From: Eledone cirrhosa
Lineage: Eukaryota
DNA: 64,000 nucleotides
Direction: 5' to 3'
Assembly (NCBI GenBank): GCA_964016885.1
Contig: OZ024742.1
Span: forward strand, 282,906,001 to 282,970,000
The position numbers and the translations under genes are program-made. The notes under the pieces are model-generated. The model was not told the origin of the DNA and made no database searches. It was given only the letters and a program-made list of their open reading frames with translations. This document shows, in pieces, positions 38,089 to 51,276 of this stretch. Positions within the stretch are counted from its first letter, which is position 1. Each line of letters starts with the position of its first letter.

Positions 38089-39354
38089 TTATATATATAT
38101 ATTGATGATCAGTAAGCCAAATCAAACCATGCCAACACAGCAAGCAGCAGACATAAAATGAAGATAATAATTGTCATTTTGAAATTATTTCAGTGACACC
38201 TGCTAAGATATAATTTGATATCTGATTTCTATCTTATTGCATTAGAAAATAGTATGACTTGTTGTTGTTGTTGTTGTTGTTTGTGATGATGGTTATTTTT
38301 GGTTTTGGTGGTGGTGGTTATCTTGATAATATTGGCACTGATGACAATGATGATGATGATGGTGCTGTTGGCATTGTTCTTCCATATTATGTTTGAGTTC
38401 AAATCCCGCCGAGGTTAACTTTGCCTTTCATCGATAAAATAAAGTACCAGTAATGTACTGGGTAATTGCTGGCCTTGTGCCTAAAGTAGAAACAATTATG
38501 TTTTAAAATAGTAGGCTGTGTTGTAAATGAGATTTACCTGGTGTTTCTAGCAAATCATGCAACTTTTATTTTTAAAGACAGCATGGTGTCTGACCACCTA
38601 GAGAGTCACATTGATGACATAACAGTCATTCTGCTCTGTCTGAAGAGAAAAACCGCATTTCATTTGATTTCAGTAAAGAATGTCTTACCACTTTAACACT
38701 TAACCACCTCCCACCACCACCACTTACTACTTCATACTTAACCACCTCTCACCAGCATCACCACCTCCCTCCACTATCACCACCATCACCTACAAATACT
38801 ACTTTTACATTTAATCATGATCCCCACCACCACTATATTATGCTCAGTAGCAGCATTAAAATGTGTGTATGTAATATATTTTTGCTGGACAGTCATTAGA
38901 CCTAACTGACCAGTCAGAAGGACTAACTGACCAACTGTTGATGGAAGGAACAGTCCTCCTACTATATCTATCTTATCTTATCGAGATTTCAAACAGTGAG
39001 CTTGTTCATATCTCTGGAAGTTCATAAGGTGGGGGACCTACAGTACTGCAAATTTCCCCCATTAACCCTTTAGCATTTACATTACTCTGTTTGTATTTTC
39101 ACAGTAAAGGCTTTATCTCACATAATTATTTCACATTATATCGAATCTATGAGATTTTGATATTATTTATTTTGATAACAATATGTTAATATCAGTATGA
39201 GTGGCCAGTTTCAGCCAGTTTGAAGAGAAAGAGGTGAAAGAATTCTGGCCGGATACAGGCGATTTAAATGCTAAAGAGTGCAGAAAACATGAGTTAAACT
39301 AACTTTTAGATATTATCTGTTAAATCAGGGTGTTTAGAGTTAAAAACCAAACAG

Positions 39355-39508
39355 TCCCTATCATCTCATTTCTACAGCTGAGTAAACTGGAGCAATGTGA
39401 AATAAAGTGTCTTGCTCAAGGAAACAACACATCACCCGGTCCGAGAATTGAACTCACAACCTTTCGATTGCAAGCCCAATGCTCTAACAACTAAGCGATG
39501 CGCCTACA
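39355..39508 (-). mobile_element. CORE-like tRNA-derived SINE (third family)
   Basis: Reverse complement of 55932-56116; a partial copy lies at 41887-42003. Confidence 0.7.
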
Positions 39509-40220
39509 GGTTCAATAAAATAAAGTATCAGTAACGTACTGGGATAATTGCCAAAAGTAGAAACAATTATTAAACTAGTGTTTAGTGTGTAGTTAAAGAT
39601 TCTTACATAAAATTATGAAGGAAGATGTTAAAATGAATATGAAGACTTTAAAACAAACAGTTTTGTATAGACGAACTAACCCTAACCTAGTACCAGATTT
39701 ACCATTGTAATTAGGTGTGCTTAAGTACAGGGGCCCATAGCCCAAGGGAGGGGGGGGCATCTTCCTGCAAAAAAGAAATGTTTTATTTCCTTCAGGGCCC
39801 AAATAAGGGGCCTCATAACTTAACTAGTAGAAGGCTTCATTTGTCCTAAATCTGGCACTGCCCTAACCCCTCTATTCCCAACAACTGACTGTGGTCAGTC
39901 AGTAAAAATATGAAGATATATGATGTAATTTTCTCTTGCTTTTAATTAACACTAGTGGCCATTATAATGGTGGTGGTGCCTTTGCTGCCATTATGCCAAT
40001 ATGTTGCTAATAGCAAGAGTATCTATGAGAAATAACGATACTTTGACTGTAATGGCGACACTTGGGAGAGTGGGGGAGTGGTTAATGGGGCTGGAAAAGA
40101 AAGGATTACATAAAAATTGTAATGTATTTCATCTTTTACTGGTTTATATTCTGCACTATTTAAGTACCTTGATCTCTGAAGAAATTTATGGTCTTTTCTT
40201 TCATAACAATACATGTATGG

Positions 40221-40252
<32 letters not shown>

Positions 40253-40340
40253 GTATTTATGATAAATATAACATTTATGTATGTGTGTATGTATGTGTGT
40301 GTAAACAATGGTTAAAAGCAAAACAGCCTGAAGGGAGTGC

Positions 40341-40376
<36 letters not shown>

Positions 40377-40566
40377 AGTGTGTGGTGTGCATGTAGTAAA
40401 GAGCAGACATATATTGCTTACACACAGGTATGTATGTGCATAGGTGTGTTAGTGTGTACTTAAAGTTCATCTCAGTTGTAATTTACATATTAAGTTCCTT
40501 CATGTAAATCTTGATTTATGTATTTGCATGCTTGTGTGTGTGTTTATCTCTCTCACCCCCTTCTCC

Positions 40567-40665
<99 letters not shown>

Positions 40666-40873
40666 ATTATATATATATATATATATAAATGAAAGGTATA
40701 GAAAATATTGTAGCAAAAAGCCAACAGTATTCCATAATATATATATATATGTATGTATGTATGTGTATATATATATGTATGTATGTATATATATGTATAT
40801 ATGTATATATATGTATGTATGTATATATATATACGTATGTATATATATATATATGTATGTATGTATATATATG

Positions 40874-40919
<46 letters not shown>

Positions 40920-40945
40920 TGTATGTATATATATATGTATGTATA

Positions 40946-41013
<68 letters not shown>

Positions 41014-41026
41014 TATATATATATAT

Positions 41027-41067
<41 letters not shown>

Positions 41068-41087
41068 TATATATATATACACATACA

Positions 41088-41173
<86 letters not shown>

Positions 41174-41205
41174 AGATCAAAAGATGGTTAAAGGAGTTCC
41201 ATATA

Positions 41206-41272
41206 TTTTATTATGCGCATTTCAAAAACAAACATCATCAAACAATGATATTTGTGTTTTCATCAGATAAAA
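41206..41272 (-). ncRNA. Type I hammerhead ribozyme (mirror copy in the left arm of the palindrome)
   Basis: Exact reverse complement of 41395-41461. Confidence 0.85.
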
Positions 41273-41394
41273 CAGGAGAACATGATATGAAGGCTAAAAA
41301 ACACTTGTTGATAGTGCAGTTTTAAATCAACATATGTTGATTTAAAACTGCACTATCAACAAGTGTTTTTTAGCCTTCATATCATGTTCTCCTG

Positions 41395-41461
41395 TTTTAT
41401 CTGATGAAAACACAAATATCATTGTTTGATGATGTTTGTTTTTGAAATGCGCATAATAAAA
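41395..41461 (+). ncRNA. Intact minimal type I hammerhead ribozyme
   Basis: UUUUAU-CUGAUGA-[AAACACAAAUAUCAUU GUUU GAUGAUGUUUGUUUUU]-GAAA-UGCGCA-UA^AUAAAA. 6-bp stem I, ~15-bp stem II, palindromic helix III AUGCGCAU, predicted cleavage after 41455. Confidence 0.88.
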
Positions 41462-41595
41462 TATATGGAACTCCTTTAACCATCTTTTGATCTTATATTA
41501 TGCATACTCCAGTCCCACAAACTGTAGAGTGCTTCTTATCCGATATCTGCATTGCTTTATTGTACTACAATAAAACTCACCTCCTACATTATATA

Positions 41596-41657
<62 letters not shown>

Positions 41658-41661
41658 CACA

Positions 41662-41800
41662 TATGGTGGCTGCCAACTCGTTTTCGAGTACGGCCACTAC
41701 TTTATATCCATGTAGGAGAACCCCTACTCATGCGTGTGACTTTTTAGGTGAGCCAGCGACTTGAAAACTCTGGTACAAACACTACACTTGGGACAATTAT
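41662..41800 (-). mobile_element. RTE LINE 3' end with a C-terminal C2H2 finger
   Basis: CSVCTRVFKSLAHLKSH followed by a 3'UTR shared with 51447-51520. A related double-finger remnant (CRQCAKGCKSLAGLKSH) is at 59690-59925(+). Confidence 0.55.
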
Positions 41801-42236
41801 TGACACATAGGGCTGGGCCCATGGTACCATGTGACGACAAGTGCAGAGAGATCTCCAGATATAAAGCAATGCCTGTGCCGTTTCTGAGACCGGGTGATGT
41901 GTTGTTTCCTTGAGCAAGACTCTTTATTTCACATTGCTCCAGTTTACTCAGCTCTAGAAATGAGATGATAGCGACTGGGGTCCCTATCATTCCACTGCAA
42001 AGTGGACGTGTAGGCGCCATGGTAAAAAAAGCACCCAGCACTTACTGTAAATGAGGTTGGTGTTAGGAAGGGCATCCAGCTGTAGAAATCAAGCCAGAAT
42101 CAGATCCCGTCCCACCCTTGCAAGCAGGGAAAAGTGGACGTAAAAATGATGATGATGATGATATATATACACACACACACACACATACATGCATGCATAT
42201 ATGTGGGTGTATGTGTTGAGGGCAAATATTTGCTTA

Positions 42237-42422
42237 GGATTGGCAGTATCGGTAGAGGGTCGGACGCCATGCTTTGACACATAGAGTTACGGTCCTTGCC
42301 ATTCTAAGTTCAAATCCCGCCGAGGTTAACTTTGCCTTTCATCCTTTCGGGGAAAATAAAATAAAGTACCAGTAATACACTGGGTAATTGCTGGCCTTGT
42401 GCGAAATGTAGAAACCATTATT
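42237..42422 (+). mobile_element. tRNA-derived SINE copy
   Basis: A/B boxes and core as at 4514. Confidence 0.85.
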
Positions 42423-42462
42423 TTACATTCAAAGTAGTATGTATATAATAAGAGGACACATG

Positions 42463-42498
<36 letters not shown>

Positions 42499-44600
42499 CA
42501 CACACCCCTTACATATATATAATATATCAGGGTATGCTTTATTGGAAGAAAGTTCATCAGGTACACAGACATCAACACCCAACCACACAGACACTCACCC
42601 AACCACACACACTCGCACCACACACACACACACACACAGGCACTCACACACACAGGCACTCACACCTTCATTGCTATATAATCTATGATCTACACACTTG
42701 GCATTTTGTTTAGTCTCCACTCTCACACACTTTCTGCTCTCTCCCCCCTCTTCCTTTCTCCCCCTACTTCTCTCTCCTACTTCTCTCCTCTCCCTACTAC
42801 ATCTTTTCTTTTCTCCCCTTTCTCCCCCCCCCCTCTATCTCTCTATCTTTCTCCCTTATCCTTCTCGTCCTTCTCCCCCTACTTCTCTCTCTTACTTCTG
42901 CTCTGACTGTATTATACATACATGCATACATACATACACGTGTATATGCATGGGTGTTTGAGTGTGTGTGTGTTAGTGTGTATTATTTATTCACAAGGAT
43001 ATACAGGTGTAAAGTACAAATACATGGGTGTATGTATAACTATCCAACTATGTTTATGTGTGTATGTGTGTATATGCAAATATACACATATAACTATATA
43101 TCTGTATGCTCATGTGGACACATCTTCATGCATAAGTATATTCCTGTATGTATATGTGTGTAGTGTAAAGTACAAATACATGGGTGTATTAAAACTATGC
43201 AAATATGTGTATGTACACACAAGTAATATGTCTGCATGTGGATACATCTTCATGCATAAGTATATACCTGTATATATATGTGTGTATGTGTGTAGTCATG
43301 ACTGGGTGGATAAAAACTTCTCTTTGTAATCATGAAGTCAAGATTTCAATCCCATTGCATAGTTGACCTAAACCTTATGAGTGAAATTGAATAGAAACTA
43401 TGTGGATGTCTGTTAGGTGAACCATATCTGTAATTCAAAAAGCCAGTCTCATTCGACACAAACTCGTGCATATTCTGCCTGAGATTTATGAGGCCTTAGG
43501 TTCTGATTTTATGTAATTTCATGCTGGACCTATGAGACGGGGCTCCAACTGGTACTTTGTTCTGGGGCCCAAGAGCTAAGCAGGCCCCCACAGCAACCAT
43601 ACAACATCCATTTTGAGAAAAATCTTTGTCTGCTTTGGTCTTGTACCAACTTCAAAAATTTCTTTTGGAGTCCCTGATTTCATGACAATGAGGACCTAAA
43701 ATTGTATCGGTATCATTTATCTGTGGGGCACTCAATCACTTATTCTGAACTATACCTGTAAATTCAAAGTTACACCTCGTGCCTTGTTACACAGGCATGA
43801 GGTGTTCAAGATTGCAAGGCAGGTGTATCAGGGAAAATTATAGGGTGGATTGACAGCATCGGTAGAGTGTCGGACACCATGCTTTGCAGCATAGAGTTAC
43901 GCCCCTTTACGATCTGAGTTCAAATCTCGCCAAGGTTAGCTTTGCTTTTCATAAAGCATCAGTAATGCACTGGGGTCGATTTAATCAACTTTCTCCTCCA
44001 CAAAATTGCTGGCCTTGTGCCTAGAGTAGAAATCATTATAATACAATATAGATTTGTACTTGTTATTTAAAAGTCCAATTTTGTTACAGTGTTCAAATCA
44101 TGCTGATTCTGCCTGAAGGCTACATTAAGAGTACACATGTCTATGGAATACTCAACCACTAATACTATATGACAATATATATTGCAGCTGTTATTCAAAG
44201 GTTCTGCTTTGCTGTACAGTTTGTAAGACACATTAATTTTTGTCTGAGAGTTACCTTAAAAGTACATATGTCTATGGAATACTCAACCATATACACTATA
44301 ATTTAATGAGCTGGTAGTTCAGGTGAGAGAACAACTCATTGTATAAAGCCACCCACAGTGTTTCAGCTACTTTGTATGTGTGTGTGTGTGGAGGCGGAGG
44401 GGGGCTCTCTCACCTTTGTTCAATGTTTCACTTGATTTATATCAGCTAATTACCTCTTACCTGTGTTTACCTTTGTATTTTTCTTTGATTGTTGAAGCCA
44501 TGAATAACCAGGTTTTCTCTGTGAAACAGATCTTGAGGGTCTATGTGTGTGAGCACACAGGAGGGGAGGTTGCACACACACACACATATATTACACATGT

Positions 44601-44664
<64 letters not shown>

Positions 44665-45077
44665 CATAGTGAACAAAGGGTGATGGAATTATTACAGAAG
44701 TGATAGAATTATTTTTTTAAAAGACATTTTATTTATTCAGTGCACACACTCACACATATATATATTTCTATATATATATCATCATCATCATACATCCGCT
44801 TTTCCCTGCTTGCAAGTATACATATATATTCTAAATTTAAGTTTAATCAATACATATAGTATATATATCGATTATGTTTCTCAATAAAAAAAAGTTCCAT
44901 GATTATTAGGTTCAGAGCATCAATTATGCAAAAAGTTTAAATGATATACAAGAATATTTATCGATATTATCAATTGAGAAACTACTAGTATTTTGAATAT
45001 ATACACACAACATTTGTGTGTATGTGTATTTATATGTATGCACACGGTATATTGCATATACCTTAGTCTTATATATG

Positions 45078-45413
45078 CAGTTGCCCGCTGGTATTCGCAG
45101 GGTTTACGTTCCCAGAGCACCCGCGAAGAGTAAAAAACCGTGAATATTGGACGTGGTCCATAAAAATGCCTATAAACGTCAAAATATAACATAAAATATA
45201 GGCCGGCAAATATGGTATATTGTTATAAATAAATTAGCATTAAAAAGTGGGAAAAAATATTACCACGAAAAAATCCATTAAATATCTTGGAAGATATCTA
45301 AGATTCCGCGAATATGCGGTAGTCTCCACGAACAAATATTAGTTAGGTTCTAAGGAAATTACCGCAAATAACCGGGCCCGCGACTATCGACCTCGAATAC
45401 GCGGGGTACACTT
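45078..45413. mobile_element. pogo/Tigger-like MITE
   Basis: Degenerate TIRs CAGTTGCCCGCTGGTATTCG / CGAATACGCGGGGTACACTT in a TA context. An inverted homologue at 49068-49380 starts TA-CAGTGTACC. Confidence 0.65.
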
Positions 45414-45430
45414 TATATATATATGTGTGC

Positions 45431-45458
<28 letters not shown>

Positions 45459-45463
<5 letters not shown>

Positions 45464-45565
45464 AAAAGGTTCAGGACCCCAAACCACCTGGGGTCCTGAA
45501 CCTTTTCCTATTACCCACTCTACTACTCAAAGTATCGAGTACTCTGGTGTGTTATGGCTTCTGTC

Positions 45566-45570
<5 letters not shown>
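45459..45570 (+). mobile_element. Probable Penelope-like element 3' tip with a 22-bp fold-back, inside a TA tract
   Basis: Hairpin ATAGGAAAAGGTTCAGGACCCC-(9 nt)-GGGGTCCTGAACCTTTTCCTAT, then a tail homologous to the reverse complement of 26512-26557. Confidence 0.5.
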
Positions 45571-45611
<41 letters not shown>

Positions 45612-45744
45612 CAAAGGGTTATTTCATTTGTTGGTAATTCAACAAATATATATATTTATAACAGATTCGAAGCACTCGGCAAGTTTTCTGGAGTATAATA
45701 TCAATGATATTAATAAATGGAAACTATATTTATAAAACCATATT

Positions 45745-45805
45745 TATTCTATTATATATATTTCAAGGGTACCAAAACTTTGGTACGCTCTCATCAGATT
45801 AAATA
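45745..45805 (-). ncRNA. Minimal type I hammerhead ribozyme
   Basis: Minus strand: UAUUUAAU-CUGAUGA-[GAGCGUACCA AAGUUU UGGUACCCUU]-GAAA-UAUAUA-UA^AUAGAAUA. Stem I pairs 7/8, stem II 9/10, palindromic helix III, AAUAAA overlapping stem I'. Confidence 0.78.
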
Positions 45806-46390
45806 CAAAGTTTGTTTTATAAATATTGACATATTGAAATATATGTATTAGAATATATATGGTTTTATAAATATAGTTTCCATTTATTAATAACATTGAT
45901 ATATATATATGGGTGTGTATGTGTATAGTTAGGCACTTATCTGTGATGAACTTGGTATCTATTGCTCTTGTTTTTATGTTTTTGTATGTATACATTTGAA
46001 ATGTACACATGTGTATATTACCGTGCATATAAGAATGGATCTGTGTGTATAATTTAGCATGTGAAACTTGTTCTCCTTCTTGAAAACTATAATATTTATA
46101 CTGAAGTTATTGTGCAAAAAAGAAATATTGCTTATAACTATGATTGTAAAATCCCCATAATACATGATTATTTGTCTGAGTACCCATGTGAACAATACTT
46201 GTGGTGATATTCATGTTAAGTACTATTTCCCATTACGATATTGCACTTTTTTTTAAATGTAAACAAAATGTTCTGTTACGGTAAGGTTTTGGGCGGAATG
46301 TTCTGGTTAAGGTATTTATATATTACATAATTCTGAAGATTTCTATTATTGAGCTTTCAATATTAAGGATGAAACATATGTAAATTATAA

Positions 46391-46580
46391 TTGTTTCTAC
46401 ATTTGGCACAAGGCCAGCAATTATCCCAGTGCATTACTGATACTTTATTTTATCGACCCCGTAAGGATGAAAGACAAAGTTAACCTCGGCGGGATTTGAA
46501 CTCGGACCGTAAAGGGCCGTAACTCTGTGCTGCAAAGCATGGCGTTCAATCCTCTACCGATACTGCCATTCCACCGCCCT
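46391..46580 (-). mobile_element. tRNA-derived SINE copy
   Basis: Full-length reverse copy with the direct repeat CATATGTAAATTATAAT on both sides. Confidence 0.85.
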
Positions 46581-47690
46581 ATTATAATTCACATATGTAA
46601 ATTATAATATGATATAATTAGCAGTGTTTGGTTTTATTTTTAAATTATTTCTTGCTCTACATGTATTCATAAGTGTTTATATTAGGATTTCATACTTTTT
46701 TTATAAAATTGCATGTAGCCTTATGTACAGTTTATTGTAATAAATCTTGTATTTTTTAGCTTTATAACTTCTTCAACTACAATTATCTGTTTCCATATTT
46801 GAAAACCAACTACTTTATACTATATATATATAATCATGCAAAAGTGGAGATGATGTTATCTAAACAGGAATAACTAGCTTTAATATTAAGGACATTGAAA
46901 TGTTTATGGTATTTATGTGTAGTCCAGAAATGGTGACTAACAACTGATAGCACATTATTAGCTATTTTGATACCAACCACTAAGTTTGAGGTGGATTAAA
47001 CCATTTTACTTTCTACTTCTTGGTCCTGGATTTTCATCAGAGAGGATAGATAAGAAACTTTCCTACTTATGCCTGCTATTTGGTTTCTAAGCATATATAA
47101 TAATATATATGTATGTTTGTATGTGTTTGCGCTTAACAATTGTTGTGCCTAGTTATGACAGATTTCACACCAATATTACACCAACACTCACCCTGTCACC
47201 CAACCCCATGTTCTACACCCAAGTTTTCCCTCTCCCTTACCAACACCACCACCATCACCTTTCAAATTACATGAAAATGTTTTACCCCCATCCCAACCAC
47301 TTCTGATTGCCCTGCTTACCATCACCATCACCACAGTCACATTTAGAGGTGGTGTTGATGATAGTGATGATAGTGCTGGGGGATGATGGTGCTGTGATGT
47401 GTTGTTGGTGGTATTGGTAGTGGTTGCTGTGGTGTAGTGATGATGAGGGGGTTTTGGTTGCTGTGAGGGTTGTGTAGGTGTGGTAATGGTGGTGTTGAGT
47501 GGGGTGACAGGTGTCTGACTTGTTTCCTTGTTATCTTGATTGATGTTTGCTGAAATTTTGTTTACTCTTTAAAATCCAGGTGTTTAGTGTGTGTGTGTGT
47601 GTGTGCTTAATTGCATATATGTATATGTGTCAGTGTCAGTTTATGTTGATTTGTATATAAATGTGTCAGTATTTCTGTATGTATGTCTGA

Positions 47691-47776
<86 letters not shown>

Positions 47777-48096
47777 CACATACTCTACTCTTATGTCAAA
47801 CCACTGCTTTCCTTCTCAATGTCATATGTATGCAAGTATGCATGTGCCAGTGTTTGTATGTATGTGTGTCTGTGTATATATGTTCCTCCGTCAACCCCTT
47901 ACTATATTTTTCTCCTCCCTCCCTCCCTCTCTCTCCCTCCCCCATTTCTCCCTCTCTCTCCCTATCCCCCCCTCTCTCTCTATCTCTCTATCTCTCTTAT
48001 GCAGGTATGCATAATGACTGTATGCATGTGTACATTATACACACACACACACCACATACACTACACACACACACCACACACACCACACACACACTC

Positions 48097-48143
<47 letters not shown>

Positions 48144-49864
48144 GTTTGTATACACATGCCTTTGTTTCACTGTGTGTGTACACATACACACTCATTAATT
48201 AACACATCAGTATTCAGGTCTATGCATGCCTGTGTGTGCTTCTGTATGTATACAGAAATCCCTGCATACATGTGTATGTATGCATATGTCTGTGTTTATA
48301 TGCATATGTGGGCGTATGTGTATATGCATGCACATATATTATTATGTATGTATATATGTGTGTGTCACTATATAATCTGCCTCATTTAAAAGTCTTTACC
48401 TGACAAGTAAGACAAGCCAACACACCTTCACCCGCCCCCTCTCATACACACACATCTATACAAATACATATATATATACATACATACTTACACAGACATT
48501 CTCTCTTTCGCTCACACACACATCTATATGAATATACATATATATATATATATACACACATACATACATACTTACATAGATGCACACACAAGCTATATAT
48601 ATATATACATACACAAACAGACATGCACACATACACACACATACACACTCAAGCATACATTTGTGTATACATTTGTATGTATGTGAAGTTGAAAGCCTAT
48701 GTCAGTGTTTATGCCTATGGTGGTGGTGAGGGGGGGGGCTTGTACCCATCCCCACTTCCCAACATACACTTAATCTCTTACAAGTTGTGTACTTGGTCCT
48801 TTGAATTCTGGCCAAGTGAAGCTTATTCGGGGACAACTGACAAGAAGGGTTTGATCTGAAGTGACAGCTAGGGACCAGACCAGGTGATGATTTAGGGTTA
48901 ATATTGACACTGTCAAACTCCTTGTTCTCACCTCTGTATTGCACCTTTATTTTTGTTTTTTTCTCCCTCTATCTCTTTCTCCTCTTCCACCATTCACCCC
49001 CCACCACCCTGAAGCACTCCACTGTGTTTGTCCTGGCTGTCAAGTGTCCACATATTGCATACATATACAGTGTACCTACCGCCATTTGCGGAATTTTCCT
49101 TAGAACCTAATAATTTTTCATGGTAAACCACCGCATATTCATGGAATCATAAATATCTTATGCAATTTTTTGGTGGCTTTTTTCATGGCAATATATATTT
49201 TTTTAATGCTAAATTATTAATAACAATATACGGTATTTGCCGGCCTATTGGACGCCCTTCTCATAAGATGGTCTCTCTTTTTTTATTATATTTTATGTTG
49301 TATTTTGATGTTTATAAACATTTTAATGGACCACATCCAATATTCATGGTTTTTCACACTCCCGGGTACGCGAATGCAGCGAGAATTCTGGCCAGATATG
49401 GCCAGTTTAAATGCTAATGGGTTAAACAATTTATAGCACATCAAATATTAATATAATGCTGCCATTAGCAACCTTTTTTCAGTAGTGGGGCACATAGGAT
49501 GTCTTAACACTCCACCGCTCACCTGATAAGCCCTCTGATCTCTAGATCTACATCTCCCATCCCAATGTACCTTCTCCTCCCCAGCCCCCTGTCAATACTG
49601 TAAATTGGTTGTGTAGGTGTCATGACAAAAATCACCTAGTAAACACTGTACATGTTGTTGGTGTTAGGAAGGGCATCCAGCCATAGAAACCAAGCCAAAA
49701 TCTGTATGAGCAAGACATTGTCATCTAATCTGGCTTGTCTCACAACGGGACAGCTTGTCTACCCCATGCTAGCATAGAAAAATAGATGTTAAACTATGAT
49801 GATGATATATATACAAATATATACACATATACATATATATATATATATACACATATATATATAC

Positions 49865-51276
49865 ATCATCATCATCATCATCACCGTTTTACGTCCGTTC
49901 TTCCACGCTAGCATGGGTTAGACGGGTTGTCCTGTTGTGGGCAGTGTCTGGTCGGCTGACCATGCCTTGCTCATACAGGAACTGATCTGGCTTGATTTCT
50001 ACAGCTGGATGCCCTTCCTAACACCAACCTCATTTACAGTGAGTGCTGGGTGCTTTTTCGTGGCGCCTACACGTCCACTTTACAGTGTGGGCTGGGTGCT
50101 TTTTTGCCGTGGCACCTCCACGACCACCTTGCGGTTGGGGGGGGGGGGGGGGGGGCATATTGTTTATATGCTTCAGCATGTACCCATGGGAGGTCGGGTA
50201 CCCTGTATTACTGCGTGACGCCAGAAGTCACGGTCGTGTGTCATTGACTTTGGGAGGTGTAGTTGGGTAAGGTCGGCTTTTATCACCTCATCCCAAGTCA
50301 TCTTGGGTCTCCCCACTCCGCGGTTTCCATCAACTTCTAGTGCTCTGCACCTTTTTATGCAGCTGTCATCCTTCATACGCATCACATGTCCATACCAGCG
50401 TAACCGCCTCTCCTGCACGCAGCATTTGATTCCTCTTATGCTCAGTCTCTCTCTCAATTCATTTATGCTTTGTCGTTCACGTATATTACTGTTACACATC
50501 CATCGGAGCATGCAGGCTTCGTTTCTCTCTAATCTACGTAAGTCTTCCACCTTCAGCGCCCAGGTCTCACTACCATGCAACATCGCTGTTCGGATACACG
50601 CATCATACAGTCTGCCTTTCATTCTGAGGGAGAAGCCTTTTGCAGCTAGCAGTGGTAGTAGTTCCCTAAACTTCTTCCATCCCGTTCTTACCCTAGTTAT
50701 TGTACTTTCTGAGCACCCACCTCCGTTGCTAATTCGGTCACCTAGGTAGCAGAAGCTGTCTACTGTTTCTACAGGGCCCTCCCAGAGATTGGTGGTACTT
50801 GTTTCCTGTGGCTGTTTGCTTGCTGTTTCAGCACAGCTGCTGCATGTGAATCCTACATTCTTAATTAAGCTTCCTGAGATCCCGCTACATCTCTTGTGTA
50901 CCCATTGTTTGCATTTGGGGCAAAGAATGGAGTTCCTACCTACACCTTTCCTACATACTGAGCAAGGCCATTTCCCTGAGGGGATCTGGGTTCTGTTTTC
51001 TCGTCTACTTATAAGGACCTTAGTCTTTGTCATGTTGACTTTGAGGCCCTTTCTCTCTAGTCCCTGCTTCCAGGTTTGGAATTTATTCTCTAGTTCTACC
51101 ATAGATTCAGCTATGAGTGCGAGGTCATCAGCATACAGGAGTTCCCATGGGCATCCGGTCTTAAACTCCTCCGTTATTGCCTGCAGGACTATGATGAACA
51201 GGAGAGGGCTAAGAACAGAGCCCTGGTGGACCCCAACCTGTACGCTAAATTCCTCGCTATACTCATTGCCAATCCT
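49865..51276 (-). mobile_element. 5'-truncated RTE LINE of a sister subfamily (RT C-half, PHD-like finger, 3'UTR)
   Basis: Open frame 51276->50173: RIGNEYSEEFSVQVGVHQGSVLSPLLF...LLYADDL...CSVCRKGVGRNSILCPKC. (CAT)n tail at 49865-49883; 5' end abuts a TA tract. Confidence 0.92.

Larger units (their letters stand above)
41169..41498. repeat. Perfect 330-bp palindrome (165-bp arms, no spacer)
   Basis: Centred on CATATG at 41331-41336. Arms are reverse complementary out to 41169/41498; no mismatch found by eye. Confidence 0.95.

Noticed and set aside
41724-41800. C2H2 zinc-finger host gene exon
   Set aside because: A single finger followed by a repeated 3'UTR (also at 51447) ending at a microsatellite; fits an RTE LINE C-terminus.
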